The notes beneath the pieces are model-generated. The model saw nothing but the letters and a program-made list of their open reading frames with translations. It made no database searches and was not told the DNA's origin. This document shows, one piece after another, positions 8,972 to 19,717 of a DNA stretch of 64,000 bases. The stretch is taken from positions 124,001 through 188,000 of the IMG/VR virus record IMGVR_UViG_3300042147_000020. One strand, written 5' to 3'. Numbering within the stretch: the stretch's first letter is position 1; the number at the start of each line of letters is the position of its first letter. The position numbers were made by a program, and so were the translations under genes.

Positions 8972-11900
8972 ATGGCTAAGGATAAGAACGAAATTGGGGA
9001 TGACGATCTCGATAATTGGGAAGACATGGAATTCGGTGATGATGACTTTGCCGACTTCGATGCACCGCCCCCAACAGACGATCGTAAACCTGTGGTTAAA
9101 GTTGCAACCTCGTTCTTAAAAGGTGCGGCTGAAGAACTCACAGACCCCACCAGGGTTCGCAAGATGGCCCTGGATGCGTTACCAGAAGGCTACGGTAAAG
9201 CAACTAATCTTGTCGATACTGTAGCGTCAACTGGACGCGAACTATACCATACGACCGCCGAGGAATTGAAGCCTGTAATTAAAGACGCAAAGCGCGTTGC
9301 CAGACGGGTTCTACCTCTTACCAAAAGCTTACTGCCAGATAAACTCCAAAAGAAACTGGAGGAGATGACTACTGACAACGACTATAAAGGTCCGTCGGTA
9401 GATCAAACCCGTGACGCTCAGATCAACTCTGAAGTAGCGGACATCTTCAAGCTTCAGATGGAGAATGATGCGCAGGACAAAGCTGAAGATCAAATCAACG
9501 ATGCGACCAAGCGTAAGCAGGACACAGCTCGGTTCAAGACTGAGTTGCAAACCCTCAACGCGATCTTGGGCGGCATTAACCGTCAGGTAGCCTACCAAGA
9601 CCAAATCGCTTCGAAGTATCAGAAGAAGCATCTGGAGTTACAATTTCTCCAGTACTTCACTCTGCGTGACACGTACGAGTTGCACAAGGCGTCCTCTAAG
9701 GAAACCAAACAGCAGCTCGATCTGGTGGTCAAGAACACCGGCTTGCCTGAGTATCAGAAAGCAAACCTCACCGAACACGCAGGTTTCTTGTTCCGTGAAC
9801 GGTTGTTGAACGCGGCTTCGTCGAAGGTGAACCAGTTCGCTAAGGGTTACATTGACAAGTACAAAGACAACATCATCAAATCCGGTAAGGAAAACATCGG
9901 AGCGTTTAAAGAAGCTGCGATGAACGGTATCATGTCAGGTGATGCCCTCTTGGATGCTCAAGAGTCTATGGCTGACATCGGTGAGAAGGCCGACAAGTAC
10001 AAGACTGGTGGTGGCTTCTTGGGTGGTCAGGCTGGTGGTTGGCTGGGAGGTAAGATCTCCAAGTTTGCTAAGCCGTTCCTCGAGAAGAACCCAGGCATTG
10101 CTAAGATGGGTAATAAGCTGGAATACGGGGTAGATAACTTTGCCTCGCTGGCTTCCGATTGGGCGAAAGGTGACCAAGGTGAAAACACCGGTTTGGATTG
10201 GTGGAACAAAGCTCTGCGGGGCTTTAAGAACCTGTCGCCTACTGAGGTTGTGGATTCCAGTCTGGGTGAGACTGACCTGACCAAGTCTCAGGACGCGGTT
10301 CCGTTCAACCATCTGGCTCGTAAAACACTCACGGACATTATCCCTGGCTACCTGTCTCGGATTCACCATGAGTTGGCAATCATCCGTACAGGTGATCCTT
10401 CGCTTAAGCGGTTGGGTTACGACCTGAAGGACGGTAGCTTTGCGAACATGGATAAGGTCACCAAGTCGATGGGTACGGCGTTGTTTGACCAGTCCAAAAA
10501 CTTCGACAAGGTTAAGGACACTACCAACAGTCTGATTGACGGTCTTGAAGAGAAGCACGGGAAGAAATTCTCGGACACTCAACGCAAGGCGCTCTATGAC
10601 AAGTTCATTGGAGAAGCTGCGTCGGGACAAGGTCGCTTCGACGTCAAGAAGTTCTCAGACGTGGATCAGTGGAAAGACCTGAGTGACGATGACGCTCTGC
10701 AACTGTCTTACATGTTCAGCGATGACGTGGGTGAAGAACAGCAGAATAAATACTCGAAAGAGTTCTTGAAGATCCGCGAAGGCGTCAACAACCCGACTGA
10801 CGCTATTAAAGGTCTGATTGATTCTGGTCAACTCGAGAGTATGCGAGCACTGGGACTGATTACAGGAGAAGGTGACAATCGCAAGGTATCACAGGAACGT
10901 ATCGTAGACATTCTACGTAATGGAGGTTTCGGTGAGCCAACTGATGAAGGAAATCCTCCTGTTGTTGATCCTCCTAACAATCTTAACAATCGTCCAGGTG
11001 GTGGAGGGCCTCTTGGCGATCTTCGCAATGCCAGCGACGCTCCTAAGGCTGCTGGGAAGAATGCTGGGGGGGTAGATGATCCCAAGAATCCGAACGATTT
11101 CATGGAGACCATCGGGGAGTACCAGATGCTGCTGTTGGAGGACATCCGTAAGGGTATCGCCAACCCGCAAGCGTTAGCGCAGTACGCTGATGCTGCACGC
11201 AGTGATCCAAAAGCAAGTGAGGAAGAATGCACTTGTGTGGACAAAATGATCGACGCCTACAAAGCAGGGAATGACGAACTGGCGCAACACTTAGCCAACG
11301 TCTACGAACTCCTCGCTTCAGGTCAGTTGCAAACCATGTCGATGAACATGCCGTTCGATGCTGAAGCCATGAAAGGTTTCAAAGGCTCGTTAGGTCGTGG
11401 TCTCGGGAAGATCAAGAACGCTGGTAAGTGGGGCTTCGGGAAAGTCGGAAGCTTCTACAAAGGTGCGATGGGTCTTCAAGCCAACATCATCAAAGGTGGC
11501 TTCAAAGGTGCGTGGGCTGGCATCAAAGGCACTGGTAAGATGCTGTTCGGCAAAGGGAAAGACAAGCTGAACGAATGGGGTGATGTCTACATCAAAGGAA
11601 CGGGTCGACCAATCCTGACGTGGGCTCAACTCAAGGCTGGCGAATACTTAAACGAAGACGGTACGCCGATCACTTCGTGGAAGGACGTCAAAGGTCCAGT
11701 GAAGAACAAAGCGGGTGCTTACGTTCTGACGGCTGAGCAGTTTGCAAAAGGCTTGGTTGATGAGCACGCTCGTCCAATGTTCACCAAGATCAAAGACTTC
11801 GGGATGAAATGGGCTGGTCGTTTGTCTAGCTTTATTACGTCTCCATTCCGTGGGATTAAAGATGCTATCAAAGGCACCTTTAACGCGGTGAAGGGCTTTG

Positions 11901-14900
11901 TTGAACGTCCTCGAGATATGTACCTGCCGGGCAATCCGATTCCGGTACTCTTGGCCTCTGTGATGTCTGCGGGTGGCTACAAGAACTCAGACGGTTCTCC
12001 TATCAAGAAGATGACTGACATCAAGGGTACGGTGTATGACCTCGAAGGCAACATCGTAATCTCGTTGGAATCTTTGAAAGCAGGTCTGGTTGACATTGCA
12101 GGTAAGAAATTCAAATCGTTGGGCGGTGCGGTGTGGGATGGTGCTAAGAAGTTAGTCGGTGGTGCGGTCGGCCTCGGCGTTAAAGCTTTCAAAGGCGTCA
12201 CTAACACGCTCAGCAAAACGATTGGTGGGCTGAAGAAAGGTGCTGGTAATCTCCTCAACAAAGGCAAGGGAATGCTGAAAGGCATGAAGATGCCTGGGTC
12301 GGGTGGTAGTTCAGAAATGATGGAAGTGATTGGTGAATACCAAATCCTTCTGCTCGAAGAGATTCGAGACGCTATCCGGGATCAATCGCCTAAGAAGATT
12401 AAAGGCGACTTTGATGGAGACGGTGTTCGTAACGGCGCTGGTTCGATGCTCAGTGCAGGTCGGAAGAAGAGCCGTGAAGAACGTGAGGCCAAACAGAAAG
12501 CCCGAGAGGAAGAACGTAACAAAGGTAAGGGTGAGAAGAAAGGCGGTCTCATGGGGTTGTTGACCATGATCGGTGGCGCTGTGATGGGGATGGCTAAAGG
12601 TCTTATGGATCTGCCTAAAACCCTGCTCACTGCAATGCGAGCCATGAGTGCAGCTAAGGCTCTGGGTGGCGCTGCTGACTTGGCTGGAGACGTAGCGGGT
12701 CGTGGTGGGAAGTTAGGGCGTGCGGCGAGAGGCGTAGGTCGTGGCTTGCTCGGTGGCGGTAAGATGCTCGGTCGAGCCGCCATGGGTGTTGGTCGTTTGG
12801 CGTTTGGTGGTGTCGGTGGCATTGCTCGTGGTGCTTGGGCCATTGGCTCTGCTGCGATTGGTGTCCTCGGTGCTCCAGTAGTCTTGGGTATCGCTGCTGC
12901 TGCGGCTGTTGGGTACTTAGGTTTCAAAGCTTGGAAGGCTTACAAGAAATCCAAGAACAGTGACCTGTTGAAGTACCGGGTAGCACAGTACGGTCTTGAC
13001 TACGATGATGATGATCAAACCAGCAAAGTGTTTGAGCTGGAAAGTATGATTGGTCCGAACATCAAGTTCAATTCCACAGCTCCGTCGATCGACTGGAAGA
13101 ACGTTGACGTTAAACGTATCCGTGAGGTCTTCGGGATTAAGGAAGACGATCCTGAGGCTATCGCTCGCTTCGGTAAATGGTTCGAGACTCGCTTTGGTCC
13201 GATCTTTGTTAGTCACATGAAAATGCTTCAGAAGTTTTCAAAAGCGACTAAGATCGAAGAGGCTGATGAAGCGGTTGAGATCAAGGACAAACTCAAGTTC
13301 CTCGAAGGTGTACAAGTCGATGATGCTGAAGCGACGTACGGGGAGCTGACCAGTCCGTTCGATGATGATGAACTTCCAATGGGTCCTTCTGCTGTTAAGA
13401 AGGTCTACGACGAAGTAGTTGCACACATCAAAGAGAACCTACCGGAGAATAAAGACAAAGCTGCGGCTAACGAGAGCACGCTGTCTAAAGTCGCTAGCAT
13501 GGCGGCTAATTTCACTCCGATGGGCTTAGCTGCCAAAGGGTTGAAGAAGCTGGCGGACATGACTGGGTTAACTGGTCTGGCTCAGAAGGCTGGCGCTTGG
13601 GTGTCCGACAACGCTAGCACGATCGCTAAGTTCGCAATGCCAGGCATCGGCTTGGGCATCATGGCCTACAACTGGCTTAAGGATAAGCTGATCGGGAAGG
13701 AGTTCAAAGTCCCGAGTATCCTGAATCGTAACATCGACCCACTGACGTCTATTCGTTACCGGTTGTACGGCGTGTTCTCTATGGAGTACGTCCGAGTGTC
13801 GCCGATCTCTAGGCTGGAAGAGCTGGTAATCAAAGACATCTCCTACAACGGGATGAAGAAAGCTGAATGGGATGGTGACACTGACGACGTCTGGAAAGAG
13901 GTGGGTAGTTCCTTTACCAACAGCCCTGATTCAGAAGACGTTAAGACCCGCTGGATGAAATGGTTCGGTGAGCGATTCCTCCCAGTCATGATCTCGTACT
14001 TGACTGCCGTTCAGAAGTTCTTGTCTAACGGTAACCCGTTCGAAGCTTACGACCGCTTGAAGCCGTCTCAGAGTTATGAGATTGCTCGTTTCATCAACGG
14101 TACTACCAGTAACGAAGAGAAAGACGGACCTTCAGTCTGGACTGTCTCTGCATCCCCGTTTGACGAATACCAGCTCAACACTGACTCTAGTATTGTGAAG
14201 CCATTCATGGACGCTCTGTTGGAGGAGGCTAACAAAGAGACTCTCAACGAGAAAGTCAAGACTGGTCAAGCAGCCAAGGTTCAGGCGTTGGTGGACAAAG
14301 TCACGGGCGGTACTGGTGCTAACGGACCCCCTAGTCCTTTGTATAAGGATCGTGGTGTTGCCGAGCGTAGTGGTGCTCCTAAAGCTTTGCTCAAAGCCAT
14401 GTACGGTACGATGCCGATGGCTGGTGGGGAAGCTGGCTACACGACCGGCGGTTTGGGTACGTTGGATGTGGGTGCTGGTTCCGGTGGTACGATTGCCGGG
14501 TTGCCAGAAGTCACAGGTCCAGATGGACAGTACTCAACCTACAAAGACATGATTATTGCTGTGTCGAAGATGGTGGGTGTTGACCCTGGTTTGATGGCTA
14601 CGATGGCCTCGATTGAATCGGGCTTCCGTGGTCGAGTCAAAGCCAGTACGTCGTCTGCTACAGGTCTGTACCAATTCATCAGTGGTACGTGGAAAACCAT
14701 GTTGGCGAAGTACGGTCCGAAGTATGGGTTAGATCCTAATACTCCGCCGTCCGATCCACGTGCCAACGCCCTGATGGGTGCTGAGTATATCCGTGAGAAC
14801 TCTGAGATCCTCAAGTCCAAGACTGGTCGGGCTCCTTCAGACACGGACATCTACTTGGCTCACTTCTTGGGTCCTGGTGGCGCGTCTAAACTACTGAAGG

Positions 14901-15763
14901 CTGATCCTGCTGCCAACGCCGCTACACTGATGCCTCAAGCGGCCTCTGCGAACAAGTCTATCTTCTTCGACAATGGTCGCCCACGCACAGTGGCTCAGGT
15001 TTACGCAGAGATTGACCGTCGGGTTAAGGTTCACCGTACCAAGTACGCGGGTGATGCTCGTAGTGCTGCCGGGTTCTCTGGCGACACTGCTACTGCTACC
15101 CCAACTCCAAACATTCCGGGCGTAACAGCTCCGGGTGGTTCGAGTGCAGCTCCTGGTGCGTCTGCTCCGGCAGCTCCATCGGGTGCTGGTACTGTAGGGA
15201 TCATGGCTCCGGCCTCGACTCCTACACCGGGTGCTCCAGCAGGTGAAACTCCTCCAGCAGCTCCGTCTGTTGAGGCTCCTGCGAACTCACTCTCACCGAT
15301 GGCTAAAACCGTTGGTGTGATGATGCCTACTCCGACCAGCAGTGCCCCTGTTACCGTAGCACCAGTGACTGCGAGTGTACCTGCAAGCGCTGGCGGTGGT
15401 ATGGGTGAACCCGCATTGGGTGGAGTTGTAGCTGAAGCCGCTGTAATCCGTAAGGCACAGGCTGAGAGACAAGCGCAAGCAACCTCGTTGCAAGACCAGG
15501 AATCTAGCGCTGCGTTGAATCAGAACTTCAGTGGTGTTGCGGACGTAATGAAGAAACAACTGGAAACTCAGTTGGCGATGGCTCAGTCGTTGGATAACAT
15601 CGACAAAGGCATCCAGTCACTGGTTCAAGGTGGCGGCACTTCTACCGGTCAAGAGGCTGCTCGACCAGAGTCTCAGACCACGCGAACCAACACCGCAGCG
15701 AAACCGACGGACGTGCCTGTACGGATGACGCCGATTAGCATGAAGCGGATTCAGTCGAAGTAA
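8972..15763 (+). CDS. Giant tail protein with a C-proximal lytic transglycosylase (SLT) domain, phiKZ gp181-like
   Basis: 2263 aa with long helical Gly/Lys-rich stretches. SLT motifs IESGF...ATGLYQFI..TW...YLAHFLG lie near 14600-14880. Divergent from the vRNAP beta' gene, as expected. Confidence 0.88.
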   Translation: MAKDKNEIGDDDLDNWEDMEFGDDDFADFDAPPPTDDRKPVVKVATSFLKGAAEELTDPTRVRKMALDALPEGYGKATNLVDTVASTGRELYHTTAEELKPVIKDAKRVARRVLPLTKSLLPDKLQKKLEEMTTDNDYKGPSVDQTRDAQINSEVADIFKLQMENDAQDKAEDQINDATKRKQDTARFKTELQTLNAILGGINRQVAYQDQIASKYQKKHLELQFLQYFTLRDTYELHKASSKETKQQLDLVVKNTGLPEYQKANLTEHAGFLFRERLLNAASSKVNQFAKGYIDKYKDNIIKSGKENIGAFKEAAMNGIMSGDALLDAQESMADIGEKADKYKTGGGFLGGQAGGWLGGKISKFAKPFLEKNPGIAKMGNKLEYGVDNFASLASDWAKGDQGENTGLDWWNKALRGFKNLSPTEVVDSSLGETDLTKSQDAVPFNHLARKTLTDIIPGYLSRIHHELAIIRTGDPSLKRLGYDLKDGSFANMDKVTKSMGTALFDQSKNFDKVKDTTNSLIDGLEEKHGKKFSDTQRKALYDKFIGEAASGQGRFDVKKFSDVDQWKDLSDDDALQLSYMFSDDVGEEQQNKYSKEFLKIREGVNNPTDAIKGLIDSGQLESMRALGLITGEGDNRKVSQERIVDILRNGGFGEPTDEGNPPVVDPPNNLNNRPGGGGPLGDLRNASDAPKAAGKNAGGVDDPKNPNDFMETIGEYQMLLLEDIRKGIANPQALAQYADAARSDPKASEEECTCVDKMIDAYKAGNDELAQHLANVYELLASGQLQTMSMNMPFDAEAMKGFKGSLGRGLGKIKNAGKWGFGKVGSFYKGAMGLQANIIKGGFKGAWAGIKGTGKMLFGKGKDKLNEWGDVYIKGTGRPILTWAQLKAGEYLNEDGTPITSWKDVKGPVKNKAGAYVLTAEQFAKGLVDEHARPMFTKIKDFGMKWAGRLSSFITSPFRGIKDAIKGTFNAVKGFVERPRDMYLPGNPIPVLLASVMSAGGYKNSDGSPIKKMTDIKGTVYDLEGNIVISLESLKAGLVDIAGKKFKSLGGAVWDGAKKLVGGAVGLGVKAFKGVTNTLSKTIGGLKKGAGNLLNKGKGMLKGMKMPGSGGSSEMMEVIGEYQILLLEEIRDAIRDQSPKKIKGDFDGDGVRNGAGSMLSAGRKKSREEREAKQKAREEERNKGKGEKKGGLMGLLTMIGGAVMGMAKGLMDLPKTLLTAMRAMSAAKALGGAADLAGDVAGRGGKLGRAARGVGRGLLGGGKMLGRAAMGVGRLAFGGVGGIARGAWAIGSAAIGVLGAPVVLGIAAAAAVGYLGFKAWKAYKKSKNSDLLKYRVAQYGLDYDDDDQTSKVFELESMIGPNIKFNSTAPSIDWKNVDVKRIREVFGIKEDDPEAIARFGKWFETRFGPIFVSHMKMLQKFSKATKIEEADEAVEIKDKLKFLEGVQVDDAEATYGELTSPFDDDELPMGPSAVKKVYDEVVAHIKENLPENKDKAAANESTLSKVASMAANFTPMGLAAKGLKKLADMTGLTGLAQKAGAWVSDNASTIAKFAMPGIGLGIMAYNWLKDKLIGKEFKVPSILNRNIDPLTSIRYRLYGVFSMEYVRVSPISRLEELVIKDISYNGMKKAEWDGDTDDVWKEVGSSFTNSPDSEDVKTRWMKWFGERFLPVMISYLTAVQKFLSNGNPFEAYDRLKPSQSYEIARFINGTTSNEEKDGPSVWTVSASPFDEYQLNTDSSIVKPFMDALLEEANKETLNEKVKTGQAAKVQALVDKVTGGTGANGPPSPLYKDRGVAERSGAPKALLKAMYGTMPMAGGEAGYTTGGLGTLDVGAGSGGTIAGLPEVTGPDGQYSTYKDMIIAVSKMVGVDPGLMATMASIESGFRGRVKASTSSATGLYQFISGTWKTMLAKYGPKYGLDPNTPPSDPRANALMGAEYIRENSEILKSKTGRAPSDTDIYLAHFLGPGGASKLLKADPAANAATLMPQAASANKSIFFDNGRPRTVAQVYAEIDRRVKVHRTKYAGDARSAAGFSGDTATATPTPNIPGVTAPGGSSAAPGASAPAAPSGAGTVGIMAPASTPTPGAPAGETPPAAPSVEAPANSLSPMAKTVGVMMPTPTSSAPVTVAPVTASVPASAGGGMGEPALGGVVAEAAVIRKAQAERQAQATSLQDQESSAALNQNFSGVADVMKKQLETQLAMAQSLDNIDKGIQSLVQGGGTSTGQEAARPESQTTRTNTAAKPTDVPVRMTPISMKRIQSK

Positions 15764-15765
15764 CA

Positions 15766-15788
15766 CAGAGTGGGGGCAACCCCACTCT
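15766..15788 (+). terminator. Stem-loop after the gp181-like gene
   Basis: Inverted repeat agagtgggg-gcaa-ccccactct. Confidence 0.5.
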
Positions 15789-15814
15789 ACCTTTACCTTA
15801 AACGAGATCAGGTT

Positions 15815-17773
15815 ATGGCCGAATTAAAGGACACAGACTGGATCAGACAATCGTTTATGTTGCCACGTAAGTCCATTGCGAATGCTGACTCCATTCGACG
15901 GACTCTGACGGATGCTCGGTTCAAGTTTACCGATACGACGTTAGGGGGCAACTTCGCGATTAACCCTCCTCCTCAGTTTACTCGTTATGCTGACTTGGTG
16001 GTGCCTAGCTTGTACAGTAAGTCCACGGGGATGGGTCGTTATTACAGTGAGGCCATCGACGACAACGCACAACTGATCCACATGCGTTTCGGTGTACCAG
16101 AGTTCAACTCCCTCACGAACTTCTTCTTCAACTTCTATAACCCCCAAGCAGCCACACTGGCTCGCACTGGTCGGGCGAACGAGATCTCGTTTGCTCTGGG
16201 TAAGTTGTTGGGGACGATTATCACCATTCCTGCACAGTTGTTTATCACCGCAGGTTCGGCACTGAACTTCTTCTTGGGTCGCCCTACGTCGAAGTACTAC
16301 TACCTCAAAGCAGCGATGCCTCTGTATTGGAACGCTGTGAACACCATCGCCAACGGCATTGCCGTGAACATGGGTCTGACTCCTCGAACCTTTCAGGACG
16401 ATGAAAAGAAATCCATTCCAGGTTCTATCGAGAACACGGCAGAGCAAGCCAAGCTCTACCACAAGCTTAATCCGGGTCTGTGGCACGAGTCTGGTCAACT
16501 CGACGTCTGGTCGATGGCAACCAAAGCACAGCGACTGGCAAACAGTCAACGTGACAAGATGGCAGAGATCCTCGAAACCCGAGAGACTCCTTCTGCTATC
16601 CGGAATGCGATCTTGGGGTTCAAAGAAAACCCTCAGCTCAGCGACAACCGAATCCACAAAGACTTCGAGTCTTACCTAGCTGCCTATCAAGGTCTCAACG
16701 AACGGAAGTCCGATACGGATGACGGTGCGGCTGAGATGACGGGTGACAAGCGTGAGTACAAGAAGAACTTCATGGAGTTCGTGGAAGCAGAGCACAACGA
16801 CGGTGCCCAGTGGGTGACCTTCAACGTGGAACACACAGGCACTGCTTCGGAGACTTTCAACTCCAGTGCTCGTGAGTCAGACATCTCCTCGAAACTGAAC
16901 GGGTTGTCTGCTGCTGGTCGTGGTGCTCGTTTCAGTTCTGCTGATGGTCAGTCTGGCATTAACTTTGTCGACGAAGCCATGAGTATGGTGGGTAGCTTCA
17001 TTGGTGGTGCTCTGGAATCTGTGAAGCTCTCGGGCTTGATGGCGTTCTCGGGTATGGCCATTGCGGACATTCCAAAGATGTGGGAATCGTCTTCAGCGAA
17101 CCTACCTCGGATGGACTACACCATCAAACTACGTACCCCGTACGGCAACAAGATGTCACGCTTCACCGACTTGTATGTTCCCCTGTCGATGTTGCTGGCT
17201 GCTGCTCTCCCGATCTCCACGGGTAAACAGTCGTACACCGCTCCGTTCCTTTGCGAGCTGTACAGTAAGGGTCGGGCACAAACGCGTCTGGGCATGATCG
17301 AGTCGCTGAGTATCACTCGCGGTACTGGTAACTTGGGTTGGACTCAAGACGGTGAAGCTCTGGGCATCGACGTGACGTTCTCGGTAGTGGACATGTCCTC
17401 TATCATGCACATGCCGATCAACGCAGGCTTTAAAGTCAACGACGCAGTAGGCGTTGCTTTGGGTGCTGCTACCGCTATTGCTGGTGGTGGTGGCGTTAAA
17501 GCTTTGGCTGCTGGTGCGTCTCTGGTTGCAGGCACTGACTTCGCTAAGGGTGTATTCGCTGAGGACACCATGTTCTCAGACTACCTTGCGATCCTCAGTA
17601 GTATGTCACTGGTGGAGCAAACATACACGTACCAAAAGCTCCGGCTGAACCTTGCGAAACAAATGGGTTCGATGGACACGTGGTTCTCCAAGTCGCACTT
17701 TGCTAACTGGTTCATGAACACCTCCCCCGCACGGCTGATCTCTAGCTTTGCCACGGGTACAGGTATCTACTGA
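15815..17773 (+). CDS. Tail/baseplate structural protein, phiKZ gp182-like
   Basis: Long ORF directly after the gp181-like gene. The ATG at 15815 (MAELKD) is preferred because the upstream GTG lies inside the hairpin. Confidence 0.7.
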   Translation: MAELKDTDWIRQSFMLPRKSIANADSIRRTLTDARFKFTDTTLGGNFAINPPPQFTRYADLVVPSLYSKSTGMGRYYSEAIDDNAQLIHMRFGVPEFNSLTNFFFNFYNPQAATLARTGRANEISFALGKLLGTIITIPAQLFITAGSALNFFLGRPTSKYYYLKAAMPLYWNAVNTIANGIAVNMGLTPRTFQDDEKKSIPGSIENTAEQAKLYHKLNPGLWHESGQLDVWSMATKAQRLANSQRDKMAEILETRETPSAIRNAILGFKENPQLSDNRIHKDFESYLAAYQGLNERKSDTDDGAAEMTGDKREYKKNFMEFVEAEHNDGAQWVTFNVEHTGTASETFNSSARESDISSKLNGLSAAGRGARFSSADGQSGINFVDEAMSMVGSFIGGALESVKLSGLMAFSGMAIADIPKMWESSSANLPRMDYTIKLRTPYGNKMSRFTDLYVPLSMLLAAALPISTGKQSYTAPFLCELYSKGRAQTRLGMIESLSITRGTGNLGWTQDGEALGIDVTFSVVDMSSIMHMPINAGFKVNDAVGVALGAATAIAGGGGVKALAAGASLVAGTDFAKGVFAEDTMFSDYLAILSSMSLVEQTYTYQKLRLNLAKQMGSMDTWFSKSHFANWFMNTSPARLISSFATGTGIY

Positions 17774-17777
17774 CCGA

Positions 17778-17813
17778 CGGCATAGAGGCTCCCTTCGGGG
17801 AGCCTCGTTATGC
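17778..17813. terminator. Bidirectional hairpin with flanking TATGC motifs
   Basis: cggcata-gaggctccc-ttcg-gggagcctc-gttatgc between convergent genes. Confidence 0.75.
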
Positions 17814-17815
17814 GC

Positions 17816-18820
17816 TTACAAATTGACACCGGGGTAGTACTGACGAATCAACGCCGGTAAGGCCACTGACTTGTGACTTGGTGCGATCATCACTGGGAGC
17901 TTGTATTCCTCTTTACGACCCAACAGCGTCAGGGCGTTAGCTGAGGCGTATGTGAACATCTCGAGGTTATCAATCATCTCACCGTTACGTTGGTACTTAG
18001 CCCAATTCGGGTTAATGTGATTCAAGACCGCTAGAAGCTCGGTGGTGCGTGCTTCGTACTGAGCCGGTGTGGTTTTATCGGCGTACTTGTAAAACATCAG
18101 GATGCGCTTACAGGCGTCTGGTAGCGTGCTTAACACACCCCCTGCCGTCATCGTTTCACCCATCAGGCTCAAAGCTTCGATATTACTCGACATCACAGCC
18201 ACAGTGTACGTCTTATTGAAAGCGTACAGCGTCACTGAATGATCACTGACCGAAGCAACAGCCTCTTGTAGTAAACCAGTACCACCAGACTTGATCGCGT
18301 AGTCAATGATAGTCGAAGCCATCGCTGCTTCTGCTGCCAAGTCGAACACGCTGAACACGTCAGACTTACCGGTCAACTCACGAGCCAAACTTGCCAGCCC
18401 ATTGATGTCGTCCAAGTTCCCAGACATATACGCTTTCACGCCAGTCTTGGTTGCCCCCATGATAGAAGCGACTGTCCCCTTCGAGACACCGAACTTATCA
18501 AAGGTATCGAACATCGTGTTTTGCATGGTTCCGGTTAGGCCCTTAATCAAACCTGAAGAACCCATGCTCTTACCGATACGCATCAACGCATCAGCCTTCG
18601 ACAGACGACCGCTCTTAGCAGCCACAACATCACCCATAATGCGTTTGAGCATTGCTGGGTTCTTACGGATGGTCTGTGCCGCATCCGCACTGAAGTTCTT
18701 AAGAACGTCAGGTAACGCATTGAGTGTTTGGTTGGCCTTCTGTTTGTAGGTGTCGACCGTTAGAAGTGCATCCACCGGTCCAGACTTAAACAGAGAACTT
18801 GCAATCTTACCTGTAGACAC
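17816..18820 (-). CDS. Hypothetical protein, probably virion-associated
   Basis: 334-aa ORF with a GTG start preceded by GGAG. Confidence 0.6.
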   Translation of the reverse strand: MSTGKIASSLFKSGPVDALLTVDTYKQKANQTLNALPDVLKNFSADAAQTIRKNPAMLKRIMGDVVAAKSGRLSKADALMRIGKSMGSSGLIKGLTGTMQNTMFDTFDKFGVSKGTVASIMGATKTGVKAYMSGNLDDINGLASLARELTGKSDVFSVFDLAAEAAMASTIIDYAIKSGGTGLLQEAVASVSDHSVTLYAFNKTYTVAVMSSNIEALSLMGETMTAGGVLSTLPDACKRILMFYKYADKTTPAQYEARTTELLAVLNHINPNWAKYQRNGEMIDNLEMFTYASANALTLLGRKEEYKLPVMIAPSHKSVALPALIRQYYPGVNL

Positions 18821-18837
18821 GGTTATCTCCTAATCGA

Positions 18838-18872
18838 GGCAAAAAAAAAAGAAGGGGCGAACCCCTCCTTCT
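18838..18872 (-). terminator. Intrinsic terminator
   Basis: On the minus strand: a GC-rich hairpin (gaaggagggg-ttcg-ccccttc) followed by T10. Confidence 0.75.
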
Positions 18873-18883
18873 TTCTTCAGAGC

Positions 18884-19192
18884 TTAGAAATGCTGGGTGC
18901 CGACTGGCCGCTCCAGTTTACACAGCTTCAGGAAACCAGCGGCTTCCAGCTTCTGCATGAACACAGCAGGAGGATACAACAGCTTACCGATCTGCACGAA
19001 GTCGCCATCTTGCACGTCTTCAGGCTGATGGAATTCAAAGCCAGCCATGGTAGGCGGTACCAAACGAACCATGTGGTCGTGATACGCTTTACCAGTAACT
19101 TTACGCCAGTACGTCATGTCGGTGGGATTCAGCTTCGGAAGCGGAGTTTCTTCACCAACAATGCGACACTTCAGAACAGATTCCAAACTCAT
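18884..19192 (-). CDS. Hypothetical protein
   Basis: 102-aa ORF coupled to the upstream gene and followed by a terminator. Confidence 0.6.
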   Translation of the reverse strand: MSLESVLKCRIVGEETPLPKLNPTDMTYWRKVTGKAYHDHMVRLVPPTMAGFEFHQPEDVQDGDFVQIGKLLYPPAVFMQKLEAAGFLKLCKLERPVGTQHF

Positions 19193-19194
19193 CT

Positions 19195-19695
19195 TTATTT
19201 CTTCCCAATCAATCCAGTATGACCAGCTTTCAAGAAGGCACGGATGTCTTCCAAGTCGGTCACCAACGTTCCTGTTTCCTTGGCGTTTACCACTTTACAT
19301 TTCTCCAAGGAGTCAGGGTCTCCATAGTAATAGTAATGGGTAAACGGTAGCTCGCTCTCGATGAACATCTCGAACAGCTCTTGGTTCTGTGTAATCTTGG
19401 CTACTAAGCCAATACGGAACATCCAGTCGAACTGTAGATCGAAAGCCATGTGTTCACGGCTCAGCTCTACACCCAACTCTTTTGCCTTGTAGCCCCACAG
19501 CTTACGGAACTCCTGAAACCGGCGTCCTGTCTTCAGGAAGTAATGGAGTCCCTCGGAGGATTCGAACTGACCCAGCAACGGATGCCAGAACGGTTCATGG
19601 GCGAAGTTAGTTAGCTTCAGTCCCAGTGGCGTCTTCGCCTTGGTGTATACGTTCAGATGGGTGATCCCATCGAACTTAGGGTGCCAATCGCTCAC
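19195..19695 (-). CDS. NADAR/YbiA-like protein (T4 gp30.3-like)
   Basis: The pattern LTNF..EPF....GQFESSEG....K...R.L.G..AK..G...AKITQNQEL resembles NADAR family motifs. Confidence 0.55.
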   Translation of the reverse strand: MSDWHPKFDGITHLNVYTKAKTPLGLKLTNFAHEPFWHPLLGQFESSEGLHYFLKTGRRFQEFRKLWGYKAKELGVELSREHMAFDLQFDWMFRIGLVAKITQNQELFEMFIESELPFTHYYYYGDPDSLEKCKVVNAKETGTLVTDLEDIRAFLKAGHTGLIGKK

Positions 19696-19717
19696 ACTAA
19701 AAACCTTTTCTTTTTTT

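Noticed and set aside
12405-12426. DFDGDG in the gp181-like protein as an RNAP catalytic motif
   Set aside because: It is an isolated DxDxDG motif in a tail protein. The true catalytic DFDGD is in the 7279-8910 gene.
15080-15420. Pro/Ala/Thr-rich stretch as a separate repeat element
   Set aside because: It is an ordinary low-complexity linker after the SLT domain.
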